In this document: piece after piece, positions 42,537 to 54,022 of the stretch
Layout of the letters: every line of letters begins with the position of its first letter
Position numbering within the stretch: the first letter of the stretch is position 1
Assembly: GCA_963813025.1 (NCBI GenBank)
Contig: CAWEXO010000003.1
Location: 4,413-68,412, forward strand
From: an uncultured Verrucomicrobiae bacterium
Lineage (GTDB): Bacteria > Verrucomicrobiota > Verrucomicrobiia > Chthoniobacterales > JAFAMB01
DNA: 64,000 nt
Reading direction: 5' to 3'
Notes under the pieces: model-generated
Seen by the model: only the letters and a program-made list of their open reading frames with translations
What the model was told of the DNA's origin: nothing
Databases searched by the model: none
Position numbers and translations under genes: made by a program

Positions 42537-44077
42537 ATGAGTTCACGCAGTGCCAATGCGGTCGCCGACGGGGCGCAGGACGCCTCTCAACGGGAAGCCG
42601 AGCCGAGGCTATCCTTGCGCGGCATCGAGAAAAGCTTCGACACCAACGTGGTTCTGTCCGGTATCGACTTGGACGTTTATGAAGGGGAGCTCGTTGCCTT
42701 GCTTGGAGAAAACGGGGCAGGCAAGTCTACAATGTCGTCGATCATCGCGGGGATTTTTCCGCCCATCTGCTGGCACGATGACGTGGGAGGGTAAGCCCTA
42801 CGCGCCCACCCGGCCGGGGGAGGCCATCGAAACCGGCATCGGGCTGATTCACCAGGAAATGCGGCTCTTGCCCGATTTGTCGATAGCCGAAAACGTCTTC
42901 GTCGGCCGGCTTTTAATGAAAGGAGGCAGGATCGACCGCGAGACCATGAATCAGCGCGCGGCCGAGCAACTCCGCACGGCTCGGCCTGGACGTCTCGCCA
43001 ACGACCCTCGTTCGGACCTTAAGGGTCGCCGCGCAGCAACAGGTCGAAATCGCCAAAGCCCTCACGCTCAAAGCGAGGCTCTTGATTCTGGATGAACCTA
43101 CCGCGGCACTGGGCGGAGAGGAAACGGAACGGCTTTTTGCGCAAATCGACCAGCTGCGCAAACAAGGAGTAAGCTTCATCTACATCAGTCATCGCCTTGA
43201 GGAGATAGCGCGTATCGCGAACCGTATCGTGGTGTTGCGCGACGGCCGGCTGGTGGCCACGCATTCTTCGGCGCAGGTGCCTGTAAACGTGTTGCTCGAA
43301 AACATGGTGGGGCGAAATGTCGACCGAATTTTTCCAAAGCTTGAGGAGCCCACCGGCAAGGAAGTCTTCCGCGTGGAGGGATTGACGGGAGCCAATAGCG
43401 CGTTTCGGGACGTCAGCTTTTCGGTGAAGGCCGGTGAGATTTTTGGCATTGCCGGTATCGTCGGGGCTGGGCGCACGGAGCTGGTTCGCGCGATCGCGGG
43501 CGCGGATCCGCTCGTGGCCGGTTCGGTCTTCGTCGATGGAAAAGAGGTTCAACTCAAGGCGCCTGAGGATGCGATCAAAGCAGGAGTAGTGCTGGTACCG
43601 GAAGACCGCAAAGCGCAAGGGGTAGTGCTGAATCATACGGTCGCCACCAACCTCGCGCTCGGCAACTTTGATCGACTGGCTCCCGCTGGCTGGCTGATGC
43701 CGGCGGAAGTCGCCTCCTTTGCTGCAAACGCTATTAAGCGCCTCGGAGTCAAGGGTCAGGCCAATCAGTTGATGCGTTTTCTTTCCGGCGGTAATCAGCA
43801 GAAAGCGATCATAGCCCGGTGGATTTCCCGTTCGCCAAAGGTCTTCATGCTCGATGAACCCACCCGCGGGATCGACATGGGCGCGCGGGCTGCAATCTAT
43901 GAGACCATCGCCGGACTAGCCAGAGAGGGAATGGCGGTCATCGTCGTCAGCTCGGACCTTGAGGAGGTTATCGGCCTGTCTCACCGGGTGCTTGTGCTCG
44001 CCCGCGGCCGATTACAGGGCACTTTAAAACATAGTGAAGTAACCAACGTCGCAATCATGGAATTAGCAACACGCTAA
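42537..44077 (+). CDS. Sugar ABC ATP-binding protein, 2 apparent frameshifts
   Basis: GENGAGKST, LDEPT, LSGGNQQK, LDEPTRGID; shifts near 42762 and 42975. Confidence 0.88.
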
Positions 44078-44119
44078 AGCAGCATGCGCGTTGCACAAAA
44101 GCCTAACTAAACTATTGGA

Positions 44120-44887
44120 ATGATGGATTTATTCAGCCTTGAAGGAAAGATTTCGTTTGTTACCGGAGCGGGCAGCGGCATCGGCCAACGCATCGCCCTA
44201 GGGTTGGCCGAAGCGGGCGCCTCCGTCGGATGCTTCGACTTGAGGTCGAGTAAGGGCCTGGAAGGCACGGCCGAACAGATTAAAGGTCTTGGCCGTCAAG
44301 CCATCGCATTAATGGGCGACGTCACGCAAGCCACTGATCTGCGCCAAGCCATCGACGCCGTGGAAAAGGAGCTTGGGCCGCTCACGGTCGCAGTCAATTG
44401 CGCCGGCATCGCCAACGCCGCGCCCGCCGAAGAAATGCCGCCGGAGCAATGGCAGCGGGTGATCGACATTAACCTCACGGGCACCTTCCTTTCGTGCCAG
44501 GCGGAGGGGAAAGTTATGCTGCCGCGCAAACAGGGTTCGATCGTTAACATCGCTTCCATGTCAGGCATCATCGTGAACCGCGGGCTCTTGCAAGCCCATT
44601 ACAACACTTCCAAAGCCGGGGTCATTCACTTGTCCAAAAGCTTGGCTATGGAATGGAGCAATCGCGGCGTTCGCGTTAACTCGATCAGCCCCGGCTACAC
44701 GGCCACGCCGATGAACCTGCGCCCGGAGGTGGCGGAACAAGTCAAGCAGTTCGAGGCCGACACACCGCTGGGACGCATGGCCACCGTCGATGAGTTGGTC
44801 GGGCCGGCTGTGTTCTTGTCAAGCCCAGCGGCGTCCTTCTGCACGGGCATTGATCTGGTTGTCGATGGCGGATTCGTTTGCTGGTGA
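44120..44887 (+). CDS. SDR polyol dehydrogenase / ketose reductase-like
   Basis: TGAGSGIG, ASMSGIIVNR, HYNTSK, VDGGFVCW; intact. Confidence 0.9.
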   Translation: MMDLFSLEGKISFVTGAGSGIGQRIALGLAEAGASVGCFDLRSSKGLEGTAEQIKGLGRQAIALMGDVTQATDLRQAIDAVEKELGPLTVAVNCAGIANAAPAEEMPPEQWQRVIDINLTGTFLSCQAEGKVMLPRKQGSIVNIASMSGIIVNRGLLQAHYNTSKAGVIHLSKSLAMEWSNRGVRVNSISPGYTATPMNLRPEVAEQVKQFEADTPLGRMATVDELVGPAVFLSSPAASFCTGIDLVVDGGFVCW

Positions 44888-45299
44888 GGTGTTCACCATC
44901 GACCCGTGATTTTCCGTTACATTGGGAGAGAACTCGTTGGGGTCGTCGCCACTAACTCCGCGAGCGTAGTTGATTCCCCGGGTGTTCATCGCTCTTTGCT
45001 AGAGCTGCACGTTGTGAGTGGCGCTGTTGGCAAGAAAAAAGTTCCGCGCTTCCGGGGAGCGCCAAATGGCCCCTCATGACACAACTGTTGGAAAGGCTAG
45101 AATGCATGAAGTCGATTTCAAAAAGGAGGGGTGATGACGTCCATTTGTCCATTCTCGTCCTGCGCCCACCGCAGCCAAGTACTGCCAAATTGAGAAGAGG
45201 GTTCGCCAAGATTGGCCCAGCGAGGTTGGCGCCTTTGTACATGATTTAGATCTGTAGATGAAACTCGATGATCACGGAAGGGAGACATTACCAAGGGCT

Positions 45300-45455
45300 T
45301 CCGTTATTATCGAATTTGACGGCAAGAGCGTGACCGACAGCTGCCATTTTCGACTCATGGTGGCCGAGAAACCGCCTGGGTCTGAGGTAAGCGTCAAAGT
45401 CTTTCGTGACGGCAAACAGCAAACTTTCACTGTCGAGCTCGGCGAATTGGCTTCG
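45300..45455 (+). pseudogene. PDZ-domain fragment (HtrA/DegP-like)
   Basis: VIIEFDGKSVTDS..LMVAEKPPGSEVSVKVFRDGKQQTFTVELGEL only. Confidence 0.65.
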
Positions 45456-45972
45456 GAGGATCTGTTCCAGCCCGGCGGACCTAGCGACACTTGGCGGTAA
45501 CGAGCGAAGATGCCGGCTTCGGCTATGGGAGATTACGCGTGTTGCTGGTACGTTAATGGTCGCCATTCCAAAAATAACTCCAACGTCGGACAACTCGGAA
45601 TCTAGGGACTCTCCGAAATCGGTAAGCTGACGACGCTAACGTACTTCGTCGTCATTCTTTGGTCCTTCGCTGACAAGGATCTCCATAGAAATCAAGAGCC
45701 CACTTTTCGTAAGCTGCATTATTCGGAGTGACGTTGCCGTTGAAAATCTCATGCACGTGAAAGACCAGAAGACTTGCAGGAATCGGAAACGCACACCATA
45801 GGAGGGCGAAACTAATTTTTTGCGAAACTATTTTTTTCTTCGTAGCCGGTTGCCGAGCACAAGTTTGGAGGATACTTCACCAAAATTCGCAAAGCGGCTT
45901 CGTCGTCCACTGATAAGCTCGAGAAAGTTCTCTGTTCTTCAATGGACGAGCCGCAGAATCACGAACATCATT

Positions 45973-46637
45973 ATGACAACGAACAAGCAGACACGAAGCG
46001 ATGATTCGATTCGAGACGATGTCCTTTTTGAATTGAAATGGGACCCGAAAATTAACTCCAGCGATATCGCTGTAGCCGTCAAAAACGGGGTGGCGACGCT
46101 AAGTGGGTTTGCGTCGAGTTATTGGGAAGACTGGAAGCCGAAAAGGCGGCGAAACGCGTCTACGGAGTCCGTGGAGTTGCGAACGATATCCGCGTGAAGC
46201 CGCTTTTTAGCCGAACTGACCCCGAAGTTGCGCGGGACGCGGTACCCGAACTGGAGAGCCACGTCAGTATCCCCGCCGATCGAATTCAAGTAACCGTAAA
46301 AGATGGATGGGTAACGCTGGAAGGAACCGTGGACTGGCAATTTCAGCGGACCTTGGCCGAGTCGGCGGTGAAGAAGCTGCGTGGAGTGGTCGGGATTACC
46401 AACAGCATCCAGGTTAAGTCGAAGGTCTCTCCGACGGAAATCAAAAACAAGATCGAAGATGCCCTGCGCCGGAGTGCGGAGTTGGATGCTAATCAGATTA
46501 CGGTGCAAGTGGATGGCGGAACGGTAAAACTTTATGGCCTTGTGCGATCCTGGGCGGAGAAAGACGAGGCAGAAAGAGCGGCTTGGTCAGTTCCTGGAAC
46601 GGTAAACGTGGAGAACCACATTGATGTAGAGCCATAA
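45973..46637 (+). CDS. Triple BON-domain (OsmY-like) protein, 1 apparent frameshift
   Basis: Three D..I..V..G.VTL.G.V repeats; shift near 46125. Confidence 0.85.
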
Positions 46638-46718
46638 GGTAGACAGTGAATCAGCGCTCCCGAGGAGTGCGATAAAGAAAGTCAAAATACAAAGAGCTAT
46701 ACCGTGGATAAATTGGAT

Positions 46719-47270
46719 ATGAACGCGCCACTTCTACGCGAAGTGGCTGGCTATGATTGGTTGAACCTCGCCCTGCGCGGAGCGGTAGCGGTGGTCTTCG
46801 GTTTGATAACGTTCTTCCTGCCGGGAATTACCCTGTTCTTTCTCGTGATGCTTTTCGGGGTCTACGCCCTGGTCGACGGCATCCTCAGCTTGATCTCGGC
46901 TTTCCGCGCTCCTGCCCGGCATTGGCCGCTCTTCCTGGAAGGGATTGTGGGATAGCCGCTGGACTTCTGACGTTTTTCTGGCCGGGCATTACGGCGGGAG
47001 TGCTGGTCTGCCTCATCGGTTTTTTGGGCGATCGTTACCGGCGTTCTTGAGATCGTGGCGGGCATCCGTTTGCGCAAAAGAAATCCATCGTGAGTGGCTG
47101 TTGATCGGAATGGTATTTTATCAGTATTATTTGGAGTGCTGGTTTTTCTGTTTCCGGTAGCTGCCGCGTTGGCGATAGTATTCTGGATTGGCGCTTACGC
47201 GCTGGTTTTCGGTGCGTTTCTAAGCGCGTTGTCGCTGCGCGTTCGCGGTCAATCTCATCTGGCTACCTAG
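46719..47270 (+). CDS. HdeD/DUF308 family membrane protein, several apparent frameshifts
   Basis: LALRGAVAVVFG, FGVYALVDG, FWPGIT, IGAYALVFG. Confidence 0.75.
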
Positions 47271-47483
47271 GTGATGTCTGCCTGGGAGACTTTTACATCG
47301 ATCTTAGGGATCCAAACTTCGCCAAAATGCAGGGGTGGCTCTTTGCGACCTCAGATCCAACGTGAGAGGCTAGAATTGGGGTGGGAGGCATTCTTAAAGA
47401 AATTCGCCTTTTAGTTCTTCGCCAGTTTCTCCGACGAATTCTATAAAGGGCCGGTTGAGAAACGTGGGCTCGGAAGGCGTCGG

Positions 47484-48527
47484 ATGGAAGTCGACGGACA
47501 ATGCGAAGGTAAGCGATTGGTTGAGGTGAAATTGGCTGGGATCCAGCGCAACAGCAGCGGACCGGGAACCTGCTCTTTGGAAGTAGGGTTGGCCGAAGGC
47601 CGGCGCATTGAAGTCAGGCGGGACTTTGATGCTGAAACTTCAGCGCGCTTGATCCGAACCCTCGAGGAGATCTGATCGGTGTTTGGGCTTGGACCGACAA
47701 CCAGGATCTATGTCGCTCTTGGAGCCATCGACCTGCGCAAGGGACTGAGGTTCGCAGAGTATAAGGTCCGGGTATTGGCAGAGAGACTGCGTCTGGTACG
47801 GATCGAGAAGTACGGGCCCGAAAGCGAGAAGCTCTCCGACGCGCAACTGGAATTGCTCGAATTGGAGCCCGGGGTCAGCAGGGCCGAAGTAGAGGCCGAG
47901 AGTCAACGAGACTAAACGCAACGCCGCTTAAAGCTGCGCGCAAGCATCCGGGCCGGCAGGAACTACCAGCGGTCCAGATGCACGATGGCAGAGGAAAAAA
48001 CCACCAAGCCGACCTTTGGCAATACAGTCGGCCGGCCGGGGCGGCGGTCTTCGACTTTCGAATGGGTCGCGAGCAAGAAGGACCCAAACGGTTCCTGGGT
48101 AATTTCGAAGGCATTCTGCAGTGTGATGGTTACGGGGCGTACGATCATGTCGGTGGACCCAAGATCGTGCTTACAGCGTGTTGGGCGCATGCCAGGCGCA
48201 AGTTCTTCGAAACGGTCAAACTCAATCCCAAAGATCAAACTTCGATCCGGATCGTGGCGCAGATGGATTTGCTTTCTGCCATCGATGAAAAGGCTCGGGC
48301 TCAGAAATTAACCCAGAGTGATCGTCACCTTCACGACAGCAAAAAGCGCGGCCGCTGCTGGAGCAGATTAAAGAGGCAATCGAAGCGGCACGGGTGCTCA
48401 GTGCTGCCCGGGTTAGGCGATTTTCCAATCGGCCGAATCGCCGAGCTCACTCCAACAGAATGGGCGGACCGAAACTGACGAACTAAATCCGGTGGCCCCG
48501 CCAATCGTGTGTTTGCTACCCGGATAC
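47484..48527 (+). mobile_element. Internally deleted IS66-family element (pieces of tnpA, tnpB, tnpC)
   Basis: TnpB start MFGLGPTTRIYVALGAIDLRKG fused to TnpC KYGPESEKL; LQCDGYGAY, CWAHARRKF; end ..CCGGATAC at 48527. Confidence 0.85.
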
Positions 48528-48630
48528 GTAACTGGTGCGTTTTTAGTTCCGCTATGGGACCAAAGAAGTCGTATGTGCATGCAGCGCAATGTGATTAATT
48601 GATGGATCGACAGGAAGTCGTTTTCCCTCC

Positions 48631-50898
48631 ATGAAAAGAAAAACCCTCGTTCTATTTATGCAGGCAATAGTCGCCTGCGCGGCAGTTTACGTTGGTCAGC
48701 AATCGATCAAAGCTCAAGGCGTCGCTCCCGGCGGCCCCGGCGGTAACGCAGATTGGTTGCCATCGAACAAAACCGGTTTCGGCACGAGCTACACCACCGC
48801 GAGCAACGTATGGTTCACTCTGGAGGGCGGCCGTCTAAGCGAGGTCTACTACCCTCTCCTCGACACGCCCAGCGTCCGTAACCTCGATTTTGTCGTCACC
48901 GATGGGCAGAGCTTTGCGGTCAAGGCCCAGGACGCGTCCACTTCCACGCGGCTTGTGAACCCGAATCAAGGGCGGCGTGAAGAGGATCACGGGTGGCGTA
49001 TGGACGGAGACGATCCCAACAGCCTGACCTACCAGATTGTCAACACTGACACCGCCAATCGGTGGCGCCTCACCACCACCTTCGTTACGGATCCCTCTCG
49101 GACAACCCTGCTCATCGAGGTTGAGTTTACCTCTTTGAACGGCCAGCCTTACCAGCTCTACGCAATCTTCCATCCGCAGCTTAACAACCCGACGGTGGAG
49201 GCACCCCTTAACGAGTCAGGGATGACGCAGGGCAACGCGCTACTGGCCTCTGACGCGCAGGGCAAGGTCGCGAGCGCGTTTGTCGCGTCGCCCGCCTTTA
49301 CGGAGACCTCCAACGGCTACCTGGGTACGAGTGACGGCGGGACGGACTTGAGCCAGCACTACCGGCTAACCGCCCACTACAGCTCCGCGCCGAACGGAAC
49401 CGTGGTGCAGACCGGCCGGTTACCCCTGACGGGGCTCTGGGGCAGTCGCCACCTCACGCTCGCGCTCGGCTTTGCCGCCGCCGAGTCCGCTGCGCTCGAT
49501 ACGGCAAACGCCTCGCTGGGGGCCGGGTTCCACCAAATCTCTGAGGAATACGCCGAGGGTTGGGACCAATACCTGAACTCTTTGCACGATGCTCCGCCGA
49601 GCCTTTTTACCAAGCACCAACGCCAGCTGTACGCCGTTTCTGCGATGGTGCTCGCCGCCAGCGAGGACAAGACCTTCCGGGGTGGCTTCGTCGCCTCCCC
49701 GACGATGCCGTGGGCGTGGGGAACCGGCTTGTTTAATCCCTCCGCCCCCTACCACGCGGTGTGGTCCCGCGACCTGTACGAAATCGTAACGGCGCTTCTC
49801 GTCGACGGGGACCTGGCCGGCGCGGGCCGCGCCTTGGACTACCTCTTTAATGTCCAGCAAAAGCCCGATGGCTCCTTCCCCCAAAACTCCAAGCTCGACA
49901 GCACGCCGGTTTTCGGCGGCTTGCAGCTTGACGAAGTGGGCGACCCGATCATTCTCGCTTACCAGCTCGGCCACACGGACGCCGCCACTTGGTCGCACGT
50001 CAAACGGGCAGCTGACTTCCTGGTGAACTTCATGACGACCGACACGTTCGGCACGCACCACGCCCCCTACACCCCGGGCGAGCGGTGGGAAAACCAGAGC
50101 GGCTATTCCCCCTCGTCCACCGCCAGCGAGATCGCCGGCCTGGTGTGCGCGGCCCACATTGCCCAAGCCAACGGCGACGCGGTATCCGCGCAGCTTTACC
50201 TTAACACGGCCGACTCCTGGCAGTCGCAGTTGGAAATATGGATGGTGACCACAAACGGGCCCTTCAGCCCGTTGCCGTACTACCTGCGCCTGACCAAGGA
50301 CGGCATGCCCAACGTCGGCACCACCTACGGCCTCGGGGACGGCGGTCCGAGTGTCATCGACCAACGCAAGGTAGCTGACGCCGGTTTCCTTGAGTTGGTG
50401 CGCCTTGGAATCAAGCCCGCCTACGACGTGGTGATTATCAACAGCCTCCAGGTAGTCGATGCGCAGATCGCCACGACGACCCCCAACGGCACCTTTTGGC
50501 ACCGCTACAACTTCGACGGATACGGCGAGACGGCCACCGGTGCCCCGTGGGGCGTGACTTCACCTGACACTTTCACGACCCATGGCCGGCTCTGGCCCAT
50601 TTTCGCCGGAGAACGCGGTGAATACGACTTGGCGGCTTACAACGTGTTTGGAGCGGAGGCGCACCTTATTGCTATAAGCCGTACCTCGAACGATGGTGAT
50701 TTGCTGCCCGAGCAGGTCTGGGATAACCAGCCGCCGATTGGCCAGCCTGGCTTCGCGTCAGGCACCGGCACTTTCTCGGCCACTCCCCTGGCCTGGACGC
50801 ACGCCCAGTTCATTCGGCTTGCCTTCGACATCGCGGCCGGCCGCTTACTCGAGCAACCTGCAATCGTCGCGGATCGCTATCTCCATCGCCAGCATTAG
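48631..50898 (+). CDS. Secreted GH15 glucoamylase/glucodextranase-like hydrolase
   Basis: Signal peptide; VWFTL..LSEVYYP N-domain; YHAVWSRD, LQLDE, ERWEN, LPEQVWD, SATPLAWTHAQF. Confidence 0.9.
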   Translation: MKRKTLVLFMQAIVACAAVYVGQQSIKAQGVAPGGPGGNADWLPSNKTGFGTSYTTASNVWFTLEGGRLSEVYYPLLDTPSVRNLDFVVTDGQSFAVKAQDASTSTRLVNPNQGRREEDHGWRMDGDDPNSLTYQIVNTDTANRWRLTTTFVTDPSRTTLLIEVEFTSLNGQPYQLYAIFHPQLNNPTVEAPLNESGMTQGNALLASDAQGKVASAFVASPAFTETSNGYLGTSDGGTDLSQHYRLTAHYSSAPNGTVVQTGRLPLTGLWGSRHLTLALGFAAAESAALDTANASLGAGFHQISEEYAEGWDQYLNSLHDAPPSLFTKHQRQLYAVSAMVLAASEDKTFRGGFVASPTMPWAWGTGLFNPSAPYHAVWSRDLYEIVTALLVDGDLAGAGRALDYLFNVQQKPDGSFPQNSKLDSTPVFGGLQLDEVGDPIILAYQLGHTDAATWSHVKRAADFLVNFMTTDTFGTHHAPYTPGERWENQSGYSPSSTASEIAGLVCAAHIAQANGDAVSAQLYLNTADSWQSQLEIWMVTTNGPFSPLPYYLRLTKDGMPNVGTTYGLGDGGPSVIDQRKVADAGFLELVRLGIKPAYDVVIINSLQVVDAQIATTTPNGTFWHRYNFDGYGETATGAPWGVTSPDTFTTHGRLWPIFAGERGEYDLAAYNVFGAEAHLIAISRTSNDGDLLPEQVWDNQPPIGQPGFASGTGTFSATPLAWTHAQFIRLAFDIAAGRLLEQPAIVADRYLHRQH

Positions 50899-51065
50899 CC
50901 AAACGTGCAGCCAAAACCAATTCTGGACTAGCGCTACAACAAAGTCTGGGACAAGCGCGTGCCTATCCACCGGCTTCAATTCCTCTGAGCTTTTCTGACT
51001 CCGGTTGATGCTCTGAATCTGCCCGTTCTGCGAGAGTCAACTCGTCGATGAGTTGGCGCATTCGC

Positions 51066-51590
51066 TTATAAATCGACGAATCGGACGCAAGTAACTACCT
51101 TTGGGAGCAGTTCGAAGCCCTGGAGCCGGCGCCAATGCTTTTGGGCTTCCAGGCCGAGTTTAAAGACCATGGTCAGTGTCGCGATTCGTGAACCGGAACC
51201 CTTGGTTCGGTGAGTTCGCAGCCGAACGGTAGCGAAGGTGGATTCGATGGGATTGGTGGTCCGTAAATGCGGCCAATGTTGGGCCGGGAAGTCGTAAAAG
51301 GTAAACAGGACTTCTTGATCTTTCTGCAGGCACTCGCAGGCTTGAGGGAATTTAGCCCGGTAACTGGAGATGAACTGATCATAGGCTGCCAGAGCTGCTT
51401 TGCGGGTCGGCGCCAGGGCTGGAATCAGCGCATCAATGCTGGGAGCGCGACGCATGTACTTGGGCAGAATCGCACTGGAAAATCGACCCCTGTCACGAGG
51501 CGTCCTCGAGTAAGGCTGCCGTGTTTCTTTTTCTCACTGAAAGGATGCGGCTTTCTTCATCTCCTCATCCACAAAATTCGGTTATAGCTC
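51066..51590 (-). mobile_element. Deleted IS256 remnant related to 28648-30055
   Basis: Same IR cacaaaattcggttatagctc at 51590; close match to the transposase 3' part; two internal deletions. Confidence 0.9.
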
Positions 51591-52054
51591 TAATTGATGG
51601 AGGCCAAAGCGTAACCATCCCCTAAAAGTTGTAAATCATTTGGATTCAAACTATCGCCAAACTTATCTCCGTGAGCAGATCCCGCCGCAGTGAACGTAAA
51701 CAATCAGCGGCATATTCTTTTGGTTAGTTGGCCAATAAAGATCTAGCTGCTGTTGGTAATCCAATTCATTGTTTCCGTTAAGCGGGGGGTGAAGAAGCTT
51801 TTTACCATCGGGTTTGCTTAAACGGGATTTGATCACAGTAGAACCTACATGCCTACATGCGCCGGTTCATCTCGGCCTTTTCCGCGCACGCGTACGTCCT
51901 TCTCCCAAAATTGCCCGATAGGTGTCACTTCCGCTATTCGACCTTAGTGCAATGTATTGTCTCTGCCGGGGCGAGCAGGCGGCACTTCTCGTGAATGTTG
52001 CGCGAGTAGATGTTCCACGATTGACAAACAGCGTGCATTGCAAGAGGGAACCTT

Positions 52055-53092
52055 ATGAAATTTGCCGCACTTGTTTTCCTCTCCACAGTCGCCTACGCTA
52101 TGGCGCAAGGCGAGTCTTCGTCCGCTCCGGAGCTAAAATTTGGAGATCTTGGGGACTTCAAGCTCGAAAGTGGCGCGGTCATACGGGAGTGCCGCATCGG
52201 CTACCACACGTTGGGGAAGTTAAATGATGATAAGTCGAACGTGGTGCTGTGGCCGACCTGGTTCACCGGCAGCTCAAAGCAGCTCATTCCCCTCGTGGGT
52301 CCCGACGGGTATGTTGACCCTTCGCGCTTCTTCGTAATTTTCGTTGACGCTCTCGGCAACGGGGTCTCTTCCTCTCCATCCAACAGCTCCGTCCAGCCTC
52401 GCATGGCCTTTCCCGTCTTCACGATCGGCGACATGGTCAATTCTCAGTACCGCCTGCTTACGGAGAACCTCGGGATCAATCATATTCGCGCGGTGATGGG
52501 CATCTCGATGGGAGGCATGCAGACATTCCAGTGGATTGTTTCTCACCCCGAATTTATGGACAAAGCCGTGGCAATTGTCGGCTCACCGCGGCTCACCGCC
52601 TACGATCTGCTGCTTTGGCGCAGCGAGCAGAGCGCAATCGAAGAGGACAAGGACTGGAACGGCGGCAATTATACCACCGAGCCACGTCTCGACACTGTCG
52701 CAGAGATCCACAACCTGGCTCTCACCACCCCTTCTTATCGCGTTCGCGAAACCGCGGCGGCCAAGTTTCCGGAGTTTCTTGATGGAATCGATAAGGACGG
52801 TCTCGGGCGCATGGACGCCAACGATTGGCTGCGTCAGCTCCAAGCGATGATGACCCACAACATTGCCGCACCTTTCGGCGATTCCCTCGAGAGCGCCGCT
52901 AAGCAAGTCAAGGCGAAGGTGATGGTGGTGGCAGCAACGCAGGACCATATGGTGAATCCCACACCGGCCATGGAGCTTGCCGGGATTCTCCATGCCACAG
53001 TTGTGCAGCTGACGGGCGACTGCGGCCACCTTGAGCCGGGCTGCGACAAAGCCGAGGCTGCTCCGAAGGTCAGGGAGTTTATCGCTCAGTGA
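52055..53092 (+). CDS. Exported homoserine O-acetyltransferase-like alpha/beta hydrolase
   Basis: Signal peptide; DFKLESG, GNGVSSSPSN, TIGDMV, GISMGGMQ, DHMV, CGH. Confidence 0.85.
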   Translation: MKFAALVFLSTVAYAMAQGESSSAPELKFGDLGDFKLESGAVIRECRIGYHTLGKLNDDKSNVVLWPTWFTGSSKQLIPLVGPDGYVDPSRFFVIFVDALGNGVSSSPSNSSVQPRMAFPVFTIGDMVNSQYRLLTENLGINHIRAVMGISMGGMQTFQWIVSHPEFMDKAVAIVGSPRLTAYDLLLWRSEQSAIEEDKDWNGGNYTTEPRLDTVAEIHNLALTTPSYRVRETAAAKFPEFLDGIDKDGLGRMDANDWLRQLQAMMTHNIAAPFGDSLESAAKQVKAKVMVVAATQDHMVNPTPAMELAGILHATVVQLTGDCGHLEPGCDKAEAAPKVREFIAQ

Positions 53093-53385
53093 GCACGGGT
53101 GCCTAGTCCGGACCGGCTAAGTCAGGGCGCGGCCGTTCAGGTTCGCGACTTGGTTGTGGACCGCCACTACAGACTTGGAGCATTGACCGGACTCGTCTTT
53201 TTGGCCCACGAAGGGGTCGGCGAAAGACAACTGCCGTGAGGCGGAGAATCGTGAAAGCGAGTGACTTTTCTGCCCAGGTAGACACCTTTGCGTCCTTGGC
53301 CGACAATGTGTCCGCCAAAACTTTGGCGACGGCGGAGACCTTGTTAAGTCTGCTTTGCGCGAGGGCTTTTTCGCGTGCACAGCAA

Positions 53386-53991
53386 TTATGGCCTTGGCAT
53401 GTATGGCAATTCCGCTATCCGTTCCGTAACTAAAGCGCTACCCTCCAGGAGTTCGCCAATTGGGTCCCAACGACCGTTAATCAGTGCATCACGCGCGCTG
53501 GACCGAATAGAGGCCGGAAAACAATCATCTCCAAAACGAATCTTCTCGGCGACCAAATCGATGCTCATCTCGTGGTTTGGTTCGGACTCGACCATTTGGC
53601 GGATCTGGTTGAGGTCGTGTCGTGAAGCGCTCACACAGGGGAGCCCTAACGTCGTCGAATTTCCGAAGAAAATTTCAGCAAAACTCTCCGCAACGACCGC
53701 GCGAAAACCATAACGGTAGATCGCTTGGGGAGCGTGCTCACGGGAACTACCGCACCCGAAATTTCTGCTGCCGATCAAGATCGCTGCTCCTTTGAATCGG
53801 GGATCATTCAGGGAGCAGGTTGTGGGCTGTCCATTCTGGTCGAAGCGCACGTCGTAAAACAAGAACTCGCCCAAACCTTCAAAGGTGACGCATTTCAAGT
53901 ATCTGGCCGGAATGATCCGGTCCGTATCCACGTCATCCCCTGGGACCGAGACGCAACGACCGCTTACTTCGAGAATCTTTCTTAAGGCCAT
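53386..53991 (-). CDS. leuD: 3-isopropylmalate dehydratase small subunit
   Basis: DVDTDRIIPARYLK, NFGCGSSREHAP, SFAEIFFGN; start at MALRK. Confidence 0.95.
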   Translation of the reverse strand: MALRKILEVSGRCVSVPGDDVDTDRIIPARYLKCVTFEGLGEFLFYDVRFDQNGQPTTCSLNDPRFKGAAILIGSRNFGCGSSREHAPQAIYRYGFRAVVAESFAEIFFGNSTTLGLPCVSASRHDLNQIRQMVESEPNHEMSIDLVAEKIRFGDDCFPASIRSSARDALINGRWDPIGELLEGSALVTERIAELPYMPRP

Positions 53992-54022
53992 GACGTTAGT
54001 TTTGAATTCAAAGTCTTCATGA

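Noticed and set aside
50080-50100. GH15 WEE-to-WEN change as loss of catalysis
   Set aside because: The first Glu (general acid) and the base Glu in LPEQ are retained.
49420-50502. Long antisense ORFs (also 11188-12015, 43019-43636, 32768-33409)
   Set aside because: Shadows of GC3-rich genes on the opposite strand, with no motifs of their own.
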